Below are positions 37,748 through 50,298 of a DNA stretch of 64,000 nucleotides, piece after piece. How positions within the stretch are numbered: position 1 is the first letter of the stretch; every line of letters begins with the position of its first letter. Location: NCBI GenBank assembly GCA_010015585.1, contig ML975182.1; one strand, given 5' to 3'. Under the pieces are notes generated by a model. That model was not told the origin of the DNA. It saw only the letters and a list, made by a program, of their open reading frames with translations, and ran no database searches. This DNA comes from Eremomyces bilateralis CBS 781.70. Taxonomy: Eukaryota. The translations under genes were made by a program, and so were the position numbers.

Positions 37748-39523
37748 ATGGCATTACGACGCATTATTAGAAAGGGCGAAGCCAGAGAACAGGAGGCAAA
37801 GGAGCTTCTGGCTGATTTCCAGAGCAAGCCCCTCGACGATACGGTCCTAGTGTCGGACAGGACTTCGTACTAACGCAGCTACCTCATGAGATTTTTTAAA
37901 GAGTACGAAACACTTGAATTTATCATGCTTATGTCCTACACTTGTATCCTCTAGATACGTTCGCGATGTCCTACACCGCGAGCCGGACGATACCTAGTTA
38001 TTCCTTTGCAGCTCTTCGCCAGAGGAGGTAGCTTTTGCTCAGAATACATCTCGTGCCTTTCTCCAAACCTATACCTCAGACTCATCGGCCTCCAGGGTTA
38101 TATTGGGAGATCAAGAGTCTGAGAAGGCCCACATTTCTCGAGTATCAACTGTCCTGACACTGTGGAGAGCGCTTGTGCAGGAAGGAGACGAAGCAGTCCT
38201 TGCACCCAAAAGAAGAGAAAACAAGCACGCCGCGAAGCAATGGAGACTCGTTAACCCAAGTGGAAAACAGATTTCCGGACCTATCTGGGAGGTTTACAAT
38301 GTGACGTCTATCCTCTACATGTATATAGAAGTATATTAACATCTCTATAGTGGATTTTCCACGACCTTCCTTCGCTTGCTGGTATCTAACGAACTCAGGA
38401 GCCAAAAGCGGCTGCGACTGCTCAGGTTATAGTAGTTATTACGCAGGCTTTCCTGAATCGACACCGTGATCTCCTCCACTCTACAGCACAACTTAGCGGC
38501 TTTGTCATGATCGTGCTCTGTATGGCTGTTGGCGGATTCCGGACCAAATATTCTAGAAACCTGAAATATGCAGACGTCAGCATAGGACTCGCCAACGTTG
38601 GCAGGAAAACGAACGCGTTCGTACGAATCTGAATGGCAGAAAACAAATTGCGAGTAGTTTCTCTCAAACCTGCGAGCCCTGCGAGCGATTTTGCCGCAAC
38701 CATTTTACCGTGGCCATTTTGCCATGCCGACTGGTCTGCCTTGCTAGTCACGTCATTGGCCGCGCTCTAGCACGGCGTGCTTTCAGGGCCGGGTATACGT
38801 CCTTTAATAGGTTTTGACTCGCTCCAATCTTCGATGTTGCAAAGTCCTTTTCCTTCCTTGGGTTCAGGGCGTGGACGATTGCCCATTGGTTGATATTAGC
38901 GGGTCGCAATTCTACAGAATATGGTAGAGCGTCTCGAAGGTATTGGATATCAATGTACCAGTCATGCCAGAAGTATGGATTTAACACTGCGGCTTCTTTC
39001 ATACCTGAGTTGGGCAGGCATTATGATTCAAAATGAGACGAGTGAATATCAGATATACGTCGTCTCAGGACCAGTGGAGGTTTCTCCAGTTATAATCACT
39101 GAAATCAGTGAAGTCGCTAGTACGATCAGGCTTCACAGGTGAGGCTGATAAACTCCATGGCATCCATAATCTGTGGCTCTACCCTGTTGACCTCCAAGCT
39201 CACTCAAGGACCAATGTCCCCAAAAATATCCATGGTGCCTCAACAATGAGAACAGCTTGTGTCTTCTTGTCTGCCATTACTACCAGTGCTCCTGAACTGA
39301 CGCCACTGACTCCAACATGGTCATATTCCCGGATTACCAAGAGCCGCGTACAATTCACTTCATCGTCGTTGATACAGCACCCGTTGACGAAGGTCAGGCT
39401 TCATTTATTGAGTTACTGGCTATGGTCACCAAATATAAGAGCGAAGACGATAGGTTGGGAGTAAATCAAGCCGAAAAGGTTTTGGCAAGCAAATCTGCAA
39501 TAGATTCCATCATGTATCGATAG
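37748..39523 (+). pseudogene. Degraded DUF3435-like tyrosine recombinase (Starship captain-like)
   Basis: Reconstructed across two introns: MALRRIIRK...LWRALVQEGDEAVLAPKRRE...GPIWEVYN/WIFHDL...MAVGGFRTKYSRNLKYADV...VAILPCRLVCLASHVIGRALARRAFRAGYTSF...FLPW...FYRIW. In-frame stops at 37871, 37995, 38387 and 38630, plus frameshifts. Family assigned from recalled motif order. Confidence 0.72.
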
Positions 39524-39663
39524 TAATCGCTTAACATAGAACCCATAACTTATGCTACTAAATTATAGTAATACCCAACCGATGAGTATCCTCCAAGGAA
39601 TTACCCACTATCCAACATCAAGAATGTACCGAGTTTAACCCAAGTACAGGCTCATAGAAAACG

Positions 39664-40354
39664 TTATAATGCGAAGACAAATACTCCTGCCGCACCGAGC
39701 ACGCTGCCAACGACGCCTACAGACAGGCGGATGGTGCTGGCATCGGATTCAGATCCGCATTCAGAGCCAGAGCTCGAGCTCGAACTGCCGCTGCTCTGGC
39801 TAGATCCTCCTTTGCCGCCCTTTGGTGAACGGACGACTAGATTATGGACGCTGTCGACGAAGCTCTCAACCAGGTTCCGCTTGACTTTGGTGACGCATCC
39901 TCCGCTGAGCAAAGTAGACGTCGGCACTGATGCCCCCACAGGACCAGTGGCGAAGCTCCCTAGAGTAGACTTTGAGCCAGTAGTGGAAGTTGACGATGAA
40001 GTGGAGCGAGTGCTGGTTCTACTGGAAATATATCAGTATTCTAGGTTTTTGAGAAGCAGCTAATCCAACTTACGAGCGACCTCCGCGTGCTGTTGTAGTA
40101 CTTGCACTGCTTCCATCGCAAATCTTGCCAATTTTGCAGCATCCTCCGACGACACAGTATGTGCCAGATCTGCAACCGCCATCTCCGATAGCGCAGCAGG
40201 TGGCCGTGCGAGAGATGCAACCGCCATTGCAAGCTTGCTGGGCTGAGGAGCAGCTACCAGATGTGCTGCTCTGCGGTTCTGGCTCTGCAAGAGCAATAGC
40301 ATTTGCGATCCCGATAATTGCCGCAAAGGCGGAGACGAAGGCGATGAGACGCAT
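39664..40354 (-). CDS. Secreted Cys-rich, Ser/Thr-rich GPI-anchored protein
   Basis: Signal peptide MRLIAFVSAFAAIIGIANA, 10-Cys domain, intron 40073-40022, S/T-rich stalk, hydrophobic tail VGVVGSVLGAAGVFVFAL. Confidence 0.9.
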
Positions 40355-42481
40355 GATGGATGGCTACTGTGTAAAGGCTATTTAAAGAGTGTGATGAAGA
40401 GAACTTGACGCGAATTGGAGAGGTTAAGGTTGAGGATGCGAAAGACGATTCAAACACCATGGGTGAACATCGTATATGTCCTCGCCTTCCTATTTATCCA
40501 TTGTCAAAAAATTCGCTGCCTCCTTCCCCTAGGTCTACATCTCGTGTTCCTCCTGGATAACAAGCCACCTTCAATCTTGCCAGTGATCCAAGCTAAGCAG
40601 CGCAGCGGTATCTTGGGCCCCTTTCTAGGGCTGGTTCTCTTGACCGGAGTTCCTGTTCTGCCATATTTGGCTCCGTATCGAGCACGGATCCGCAAGAAAT
40701 AACCACATCTGTTTCGATTGCCTTTTCATTTTCGACATGGCTCTCATTAAAAAGGAAAGCCTTCAATCTAAGGCTGGGGTATTGTTCTAGGCTGGTTGTC
40801 CCCTTGTAGATCACGATGGAGTTCCACAGGAGAACTCTGGTCGATGCTTCGTGTTTTCTAGTGATGGCGTCCTTGGCGCGGGGCTTGGAGGGAACTGAAT
40901 GATGGCGATACGGCCCTTTCATAGCCGAGTTCGCCATAATTAGGTAATCCTGAAGTCGCGCTTAGAGAATACTCCTGGCCCTGTGGATGCTGTTGTGTGT
41001 GAAGTTAACTGCCTAGCTGTCGTCTCTTGCAGCCATGCCAAGCGTCGTGTGACAGTCCCTGAAGCCAGCATCAATCAACAAGCTGTCAGTCATCGATTCC
41101 GCCTGTTTCTTGGACCTGATGCAGCCATTAAGGTCCCGGAAATGGGCCAATTGAACATGATACGGCTCGCAGTGATCGGTGAGTCACCACCGAGTTTTCC
41201 GACGACCGCGACCCGACGAGTCTGGTCAGCCTGGAAAATCGGCAACTCTTTTGTTGCGGATCATCGCTTTCCTCAAGTTCGATATTTTTCAGCCTCATAC
41301 TACTGGGAAGTCAAAAGGTTGCGCTTGCATCGACAAATCGATGGCAACCCGCCTCCTCAAGATGATTCTTAGTTAGTTGGAAGATTGTCTTATTTCTCTG
41401 CGACGCTTCAAGACACCTTTCTCAGATCTTTCCCCTGCACTCTTTTCTCAACATATACGTCTGAGATTGGTGCAGGCCACTCAGAGTCCATCTGGGCGTT
41501 CATTCAACACGGTCGGAGTTCCATATTGGATCATGGGACGTGCATTGAGCTGAGTGCTTTTCCGCCTTTTCGGGTCATTTACTCAATGAACACTGACCAC
41601 CTGGGGTGACGTTTGAACGTTTGGTCAACTTTGGTGATTTGGTCATAATTACTCTTCGCGCTTTGACCCCACTCTCGAGGTCTGTCTGATTCATCCGACT
41701 CCGAGTCAGCAGAGGCGCAGCGGAAACTATGAAGAACAAAGATACCGTATTCGTTAGACCACCGCATATAAGTCGCAGATCACAGAAAAAGCTTCTACTT
41801 AGTAGCTGTTCGTAGTATGTATCCATAGTTAATCATCAACCCAGCCTACCGACGTGGAAAATGGGTCCCAAGCATCCACTTCAGCCTTGTTTCGGCACGA
41901 TATCCCCGCGCTAAGCCAACAATGAGGGGTTTCGCCCGACCGCTTGGCACTCTCCACCTGTGACCCTGGTGACATCGAGCGATTTCAAAAACCGCCGAAA
42001 TCCAGGCTTCCAGATCAAAGGAGATTGCAGTTGTACACGACGTTGATAAGATCTTGCTGCTGATCGGATTACCCTTCTTCAGACCCCGATGCTGGAAGTA
42101 TCCCGGCCAATCTGAATGACGATGAGGATATGTCATTTTCTACTGGGGAGCGAGTACAGACTCGACGCGCCAGATGCTCATATCGCTGTCGCTGCAAACT
42201 GCCATTGAGGTTGTTGCTCGAGCCAACTCTAGATCAAAAGGATTCACCTTCGAGGAAGCATCACGATACGACGCAAAATCAGGCTGTTAATTTCAGAGAC
42301 CGACCAGGTCCGCAGCTTCAGGTGCTCCGTTGATGAATGGCGCTGGATTCTCTCCAAAATCAGGCATTGGTAACTTACTTCCCTCGGATTCTGCTCATTA
42401 GTATAAAATTTTGGTTGATTCGTTCGTTATGCAATTTTTTCTTTGGCCCATGGATAAGTATAATCAAAGTCGTGCGGTCAT

Positions 42482-43300
42482 TTAACCGATCGTGACGGCG
42501 ATCAATTTGTCTAGAACTTCAGATGCACGCCTTCCACATTCCGTCCCAACGCCATCCCGCGACCAGATGTCTCGATATACCTTGAGTGTCTCAATTATTG
42601 TGTCTCTAGGCTGCGACAAGTATTCTCCAGCGCCATCCTGGGGTTGTTGTTGACTATATCCACCTGTAAAGTCGACAAGCTCTTCATTAGAGCGCAAAAG
42701 GTGAACACAAACAAGGATGGCAGCCATATAGAAGTCCGACCGGAATTGGCGTCTAAAAGCAATGAGTTCTTTGTCTTCCAAGGACTCATTCTGGAACACG
42801 TGAGACACTATCAAAGACGATGGCAACCACATCAGTCACGATCTAATTTCCCGGGTACGGGTGCTCCGCTCGTGCAAACTGTGGAACTACTGAGCAGGAG
42901 AGCTCCAACGCAAATCTCCTCAGACCTTGTCGTTTGTGTCGATTTCCACAGGGGTGGGGGGAGAGGCGACAGTGGGCAAGGCTGTCTGGTTACTGCTATA
43001 TTGTGTGGCACCGGTCGTAGCATGCCGGGTGTCTGGTGCTCGATTTGCGTGGGAGATGATACCGTTTTGTTCTAGAGCTCATCGATGCGGGACGTTGTAA
43101 ACGTTGTCAGTTGGGTTGAGGGACTGTCAGGAAGCCCATCGGCAGCTGTGTGTTTTGAGTGGCGACTGAAATGCTGTGGTGTTTGGGCTCCGTGGCCAGT
43201 GTAGGAAATCAACCATCCACATTCGGGTGGTCCCCATCAGGGTGATCACCAATATCCACGGGCTTTGATTGCCTGAAGCAGGGCCCAAGTCCAACTTTAT
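42482..43300 (-). pseudogene. 5'-truncated remnant of a fungal-specific (Zn2Cys6-type) transcription factor C-terminal region
   Basis: Fragments in shifting frames (PRSPNTTAFQ, RRFALEL...EHPY, FRSDFYMAAILVCVHLL, IIETLKVYRDIW) resemble fungal TF middle and C-terminal regions. Stops and frameshifts present, no Zn cluster. Confidence 0.5.
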
Positions 43301-43370
43301 ATTAACGCGATGCAAACGCTATCAATGTCCAAACCAAACCACCCCTCTTCACTTCTTCGTCCTCCGCTCC

Positions 43371-44460
43371 TCACTGTGGCTGATAGTCAAAGGTTTCCTC
43401 CTCTGTATGGATAATCGCCGATTCTGGTTCCTTTGCGAGAGTATTTGTTGGCCCTGCAGCGTACGATCTCTCACCCTTTGCTCCATTTGGGGTTATAAAT
43501 CGTCGATCGATACGGAGCAAGACATAGAGCCAAACCACGATAATCTCCACGCCGAAATTGACGATGTAAAATGCTGCTTTGTGGTGGTAAGCCGGCAATG
43601 GCTGGGTCCGCGGTACCGGGTTCATGTACGATGATCCCGCACGGTACCACGCACCGAAAGCGAGCAGCATGGTCGCCGAAAGCAGCACGAAGATCTTCGT
43701 CCGAAACCTGCCCGAGCCGAATTTCTCAACCCTGGTCTTCTTCGGCAACACCACCCCGATCAACACCATCGGCAGCGGGAGCGTTGCCACGAACCCCAGG
43801 TATGTCACCGCGTATAGCTGGATGCCGCGAGCGATCCGCCGCGTGTTCGGGTTCAGCGTGTAGAATGTCATCACCGTCACGGTGATGGTCATGACAAGCG
43901 TTGCGCCAATCAGCACGTAGAGGCCGATGAATAAGGCCGAAAAGACACGATGCCAGCCAAAGTGCGGGTGCTGGGCGCGGATAATACGCTGCGCGAAGAT
44001 GAGGTTGATGATGAAAAGCAGCAGCACGCCGGCGAGGACTAAGATCTGGGCGGCGATGGCGGTTGAGATGCTGCGTGGCCGGGTGATGCTCACGATGCGG
44101 ACGACGAGGGTCGTGATTCTGGCCATGCAGAAGCCTGGAGAGTATATTAACAAACAGGAGTCATTCTGGTTGTTCTGCTGCAATTGCATACCAAAGAGGA
44201 GGGCGGAGAAGATGAATTTATGGCCTCTTCGTTTGTTTTTCTGGAAGATGGTCATGTGCGTGGCGGCGCCGGCGACGAACAGAGCTAGGAACACAGCTGA
44301 GATGGGGATATCGGTGCTGGCCGTGGCCAGTCCCCCCGACATCCACACCTGGGGAAGATAGGGGGGTCCTTGTTGGACCTGTAGATTCGATGGATTAGCT
44401 GGTTGAGGTCCGCAAAGAGCATTTGGATGGTCATACCTGAGGATTTAGGTGCTGCGACAT
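43371..44460 (-). CDS. DUF3112-like multi-pass membrane protein
   Basis: ATG at 44460, two introns. GPPYLP...GG...DIPISAVFLALF...HMTIFQKNKRRGHKFIFSALLFGFCMARI, AGVLLLFIINLIFAQRIIRAQHPHFGWH, EKFGSG, RIDRRFITPNG. Confidence 0.9.
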
Positions 44461-45420
44461 CTCTTCCTTAAAGGGGAAAGTTATCAGATTTGTTGCGAAG
44501 TCAGGTTCGTGATGAGCTCGAAAGTTGGCTGTTTAATATTAGGAGCCTTTGGAGGCTTGCAAATATCATGAAGAACGTCTCGTCCTCATGACAGTAGGGC
44601 TGAACCATTACATATATATGTACATGATGATGCGAACGTCAAATTCGTACACACAGGTGAAGAAGGCGATACCATTGCGTGGCTTTGAAATTCTACTCGC
44701 TGAAGCAACTCCAACCGAAATATGGTCGAATGGCATCGGCGTGTCGTGGGGTTCTCAATCCCGTATGTAACAGATCCAGAACAAAGATATCATTCTAATG
44801 CCTGACAGCGATCTATTGCCTCCACCGTTTCCTTCCAAAAAATTTGGGTATTACATTTGCTCACTCATTCGTAAGCCTTTGTCATTTGCCAGAGCGGAGA
44901 GGCATTAAAACTTCATATCGTATCTCGGCAAGTCGGCATCTAGCACACCCGACAATCATCATTTCGGCCCTACAACCTACTGTATCACCGACAGGTATAG
45001 CTTCTCCACAAACACGTAATATATTACATACCCCCTAAAACGCGCTCCCAAATAGGTTTAGTGCGATCTTCCGTGGGAATCCTCATCACATAAATGTCTG
45101 TGTGGTGTTCGTTGTGTAGTACAAGATGGTATCACGAATTGACTTGATTGATTGACTGGTTCCTGCCCCCGTTCGGGTCAACTTCGGTCGGTCCATGTGG
45201 GGACAAGTTGACTTGCTCGTTCCTTGAGACGTTGGAAGTAAAGGAGGATTACAGCCTTGTGGCCTTATTGGCCACGCTGATGGAACATCACGGGCGTAGC
45301 GAGTTACTTAAGTGGTCGAACCAATTCCTTCTTGCCCTCCGATTGGCTCGACAGGGGTTTGCGAAAGGAAACCACGTGGCTGATGTTTTTCACTATTTAT
45401 TTCCTATCTCTCTTGGCTGC

Positions 45421-48230
45421 TGAGATTTGTTGCCCCGTTTTTGAGATTTGTCCCCCTTTTGAGATTTGTCCCCCGCGCTAGTAATTGCGGAAATTAATAG
45501 CTCAACTGAGCCTAGCGCATTTTTTCCCTCGTCCTCGCTCAATCAGGTGATTGGTGCAGCGGTACAGTGGGAAACCACCGTCAGATGTCAAAAAAAGCAG
45601 ATAGATTGATCTTGATTCTAATGAGCGTACAAACTACGAGAACACGCCCATATTTAAGTTGTGTATACATTAATGGCCTCGGAGACCTTGATTTCCTCAA
45701 AACGAGCGAAAAAGCAAAGAATGAGGGGTTGGTAACATCGCGGGATGCGGGATGCGTTGTCATAGTTGGGAATACGGTGTCACGGGTAGGAAACTGGAGA
45801 ACCCCAAAAACCAGAGATATCCTGATCTCTAACAACTTCAATATTCAATTCATTCTTTCTCTCTCAGATCCAAATATGGAGGATATTACTCCCCCTCCAG
45901 ATAGTCGTTACGCTTCCTACGATGAAGCCTATAATGCTCTTAGGATCCATGGCATGCAGCATAGCTACGGCTTCGTACTCAAGCGGAGCAAACCTCACGA
46001 TTCTGATATCAAGATACGATATTACTACCAGTGCGATCAGTTCAGAAAGTATCAGTCAAGAGCAAGGATTCTGAGCACAAGCACGCGCGCAACAGGATGT
46101 CCCTTTAAGCTTGTTATCTTCAAGACGAAGCAATCGGAGGATGGCGACCAGTGGAAGCTAGAGGTTCAACATAAGCATCATAACCACTCTCGACCACTCG
46201 ACCCTAGTACGCATAATGTCTACCGCAGGCGTACACCAGCTCAGAAAGATATTATTACATCAGTGACACATGCCGAGGCCCGACCGATGCAGATATTGGC
46301 CGCAATTCAAAAGGAGGATAAGGATACCCTAATCTTTGCCAATGATATTCGCGGCGAGAGAAAGGCAATTAGAGAGAAGCACTTAAATAGGAGGAGTTCG
46401 ATCGAGACATTACTAGATGACCTTTCCTCGCCAGAATGGGTTTCCGCTGTTAAGAAAGATACGGACAACCGCGTACAATGTCTCTTCTTTGCCCACCAGA
46501 AGCAGATCGAGCTACTGCTTGCGAATCCCGATGTCCTGTTGTATGGACTGTACGTACAGAACCAACAAGTACAAACTTCTACTGTTACATATACTCGGCT
46601 GTACCAATCTACAAACCTTCTTCTCCGCAGGCTTCTGCTTCCTTAGCAACGAGACAGAAGCAGACTATCATTGGGCAATCTCAAACTTCCTCCTTAAGAC
46701 AGGAACACTACAACCACGTGTGTTTATTAGCGATCAGGAGGATGCTTTAAAGCTGGCCGCCCGTACCCTGCTTCCGAGCGTTCCGCAACTCCTATGCGTG
46801 TGGCATATCAACAAGAATGTACAAACAAAGGCGCAACGGATATGGCGAGACGCTGATGGGGTAACAAGAGAGGATAAGCAGGAAATCGCCGATAAACGAA
46901 CTAAATTTATGAAGCGTTAGACCTAGGTATGCTCTAGCTCTAACTATGAATAAGAAATAATAGACCTAACTCGAATAGCTTATCTACGCAAAGAGTCTAA
47001 TTAAGTTCTAATTTAAGTAGGACGAACTACTAAAAGACTATACTGACCAACGAGAACTTTGTATATATCTACGCAAAAATCAATACCGTACGCGTACCGA
47101 GTGGGCAGCTGCATGGGCGTCTAATCATCGATATTATAACATAATCACCACTTCTCCTGTTAAAGGAATGCACAAGGTTTTAAAGGACTACCTTATGACT
47201 TTAAGAGGGGATTTACTACGAGTTGTTCAAAGGATTAAGCAGATGATTAATAGTCAGTACAACAAATATAGGAAGGACCTTGCCTCTTCGAAACAACGCG
47301 TCAAATTCGAGCATAGGATAGAGTCTATGCCATTCCTGCCTCCTAGAAATTATGACGTCCTTACACCTCCGGCAATTGAATATATCAGACAACAGGATCT
47401 ACTGTACTAAAAGGAGCGGAGGCAACGTCGCGTCGGACATCCTTGTTCTGGCCTATTTGAGAAAGACAAATGGTCTTCCATGTCGTCATACTCTACAAGA
47501 TATAAGGAATTCTGGATCGACATTACTACTAAGTTGCCTCTACGACGATCATTGGCGCTATCGACGTGAGCAAGGACAGTCAATACACCAATATCTAAGG
47601 CCACACCAGTCTATCCTCGAGCCGCTTCCTGCTCAAACAAGAGGTGCGCCGAGGAGGAACGAGGCTTCAACTCGTAGAGATCCATCGGCTTTTGAACGAC
47701 GTGTGCCGCCTTCTGTCCCTCGATTCCAGCCTCCTCCTCCTCCTCCTCCTCCACCCCAGGGTCAATCACTTGCTGACATCCTACGGCACCTAGGCACCTC
47801 TATTCCTGTGTTAGATCCTACATCTGTACCAGCTACGACTGCTGTGACTACTTCTATCTCTCTCTCAGTCCCAGCGCCTGCTCCTATACCAATTCCTACA
47901 TCTATACCAATTGCGACCCCTGTAACCACTTCTGTATCTTTGTCAGTCCCTGCACCAATTCCAGTATCTTCTCCTACTCCTTCTCCTACTCCTTCTCCTT
48001 CTCCTTTGTCTTCACCGTTGTCTACTACTGTATCTATTGCTACGGCTCCACCTCATCAACAGCGTACCTGGCAGCCACCCTCGTTAGAAGAGTTCTTAGC
48101 TGATCTTGAGCGTCGACGACTTCAGCCCGTCCTATATAACTGTAATAACATAAACTCATTGATTACTTTTTTGGCCGAGACAGGACAGGAAAACGACCCA
48201 ACAGAACTAGTTTTACTACGAGACAGATAT
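45421..48230 (+). mobile_element. Mutator-like (MULE) DNA transposon, RIP-damaged and 3'-truncated
   Basis: Left end has three tandem tgagatttgt(t/c)..ccc units (45421-45474), followed by the transposase relic. No matching right TIR was seen. The right boundary is approximate. Confidence 0.85.
45876..48230 (+). pseudogene. MULE transposase pseudogene (FAR1-like, DDE and SWIM regions)
   Basis: YYYQCDQ...TGCPFKL...WKLEVQHKHHNH, MDCTYRTNKY, FISDQEDAL, LLCVWHINKNV, TTSPVKGMH, GLPCRH. Frameshift near 46540 and multiple TAG/TAA stops in 46918-47410. Confidence 0.9.
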
Positions 48231-50298
48231 CTTTATCTATTTAGTTGCCTACAGCATTCCAAAACCAACAAAACAGCCAAGATTACATGGCACCACAATG
48301 GCCAGTAATAATGCCTAATATAGCTTATCGTTCCAGTGGCTGTGCACGTTTTCTCCCGTTGTGCTTAGTGGTATATCATAGGTTCCCTGAAGTTACTTTT
48401 CGAATCTCCTCTCTGGTCGCTGATGGGCAAAGTGAGACCCTCGATAATGACCGGGCCATAGGTATGTGCGTAGGGCCTCACCATCCCAACGTTTAAGGTC
48501 TGTAAAAGCCTGTTCTGGGGCGCTGGGAACCCGATGTCCATACAGGTACCGTCTACCTGTTCGCCCTTGCAACCCATTCACACTCCTTCTCGTGCCTATT
48601 GTATGAGAGCAGAAGCAACCACTTTTGTAGGAGCGAAAGCAGTTTTCATAGGGTCTTGCCCTCACGAAATTGATGGACTTGCTCTGTCGTCCTCGTTTTA
48701 TTCAGGTTGATGTGGCCTTATGTACCGAAATTGAAACATTTAGATATATAAATCGATGGGGGCTCACCAATGATGCTGGCGAGGAACCGCCAGCCAAGTG
48801 GTGTGATAGTCGTGGAATGGTTACGAGGAGGGGACTATTCCGTACTGGAAGTCACTTGTCCATCCACGAGGTGGCCGGCATATCCAGCCATGTTTGGCAG
48901 TTGGCCACACACTATGATCATCTCAACGCGGAGTGAAAGCATGCACAGAAGGGAAACTGGACATTGGAGGTCTCATCAGTCATCACTCATGCACGGCTCG
49001 CGGGTTTGCTGGCCCGGATCGGCGCGGTCAAGCGTTGGCGTCCCGATCTCCTGGCCAACGCTGGAGGAGGCTGGAAATCCTGGCTGTGGGGAATGTCAAG
49101 TACGTCAGCGGTGGGAAGCAAACTGGATGTCGATGTTATATCACTTCGACTCGCTGGTCGGAAACAACGGTGACATCGATGTCAACGCTGTCAATTTGGC
49201 AGCGCCGTGATTCAGGACAGCAGAGCGCTGGATCGAACATAACTGGAGGGCTTACGTGGCGGTTGGAGAGGAAACAAGACAGATGGGAGGACAAGGGATG
49301 GTCTGTACGCTGACGCTCAACGGTGTTCTATCGAGGTTGGTCAACGGTCCTGTCATTACTTATCTAGTACTCCTCCGGTACTGTAGCATCCAAACAGGAA
49401 GCAGGAATGGGGAACTTGGTGATCTCGTGCTACAAAGTTCCCCTATTGCCTTGATATCATTGGATCGCCATTGGATCATCATTGCATTGGCTACAACGTG
49501 AAGTCGGCGTACGGTGACAGTGCTGCCGTGTCACAGAAAACCAGCGAAGCATTTGCAGAGATTTCGTTTGGCAAGCAAGACCATCGGGAAGGAAAGAGGT
49601 CTGGAAAACCCTGGTCCTGGGGTTGATCCTGGTTGGATCCTTGCTGAACCCCTGGTCATATCCCGTGGTCGTTCCTGCCATGCAGCCGTAGTGGAGGAAG
49701 AGATTGGTGGGAATGGGTGCCACAGCGGGAACTAGCATGGGTCCATGCGTTGTTGGTGTACCTACGTCACAGCATCAAGGGAGGCATCACTCGTGCAGTA
49801 GTCGGTGGCTATCGCAACTCTCCCATCTGCAGCAGATCGCTGAATGTTGGTAGTGATGATGGCGATGATAGCGATGTCTGAAAGTAGTTGATGCGGGCGG
49901 GAAGAGTGGATGATGGGATGCTAAGTTGGCATGGCAGGATACTACTGCTAAGTGCTCGTGCTGCTGCTGTGTTTACCTAAAATCATCAGTATTATTCACT
50001 ATTCACCCACAAACACTCCTACCACCAAGCACTTTCCAACTTTCTGTGCAATTCCCCAGCTCTTTCCCGTTCTGTTGTGTTTTGGCGCTGCCCACCTTAA
50101 AACCTTCCTTTTCAACCTCTCACCTACTTTTCTCTCTCTTCTTTCTCACCACTACACAACACTCAATCTTCCCACACGCTTCAACGCTCTCAACCCAAAT
50201 TCGTCAGCCTCTCCAGTTCGCTCTTCTGCTCGCAGATTATCACGAAGCTCATCACATACCTGATTCAGTCTTCTAAAGTCACCCTTCAATCCAACAAA

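Noticed and set aside
40900..42400. Scattered short ORFs between the GPI gene and the TF remnant
   Set aside because: No motifs and no coherent gene model.
45148..45423. Helical-looking ORF ending at the MULE left end (possible interrupted gene)
   Set aside because: No continuation or TSD found on the other side of the MULE.
48245..49740. Overlapping short ORFs after the MULE
   Set aside because: Possibly pseudogenic, but no recognisable family and no splice support.
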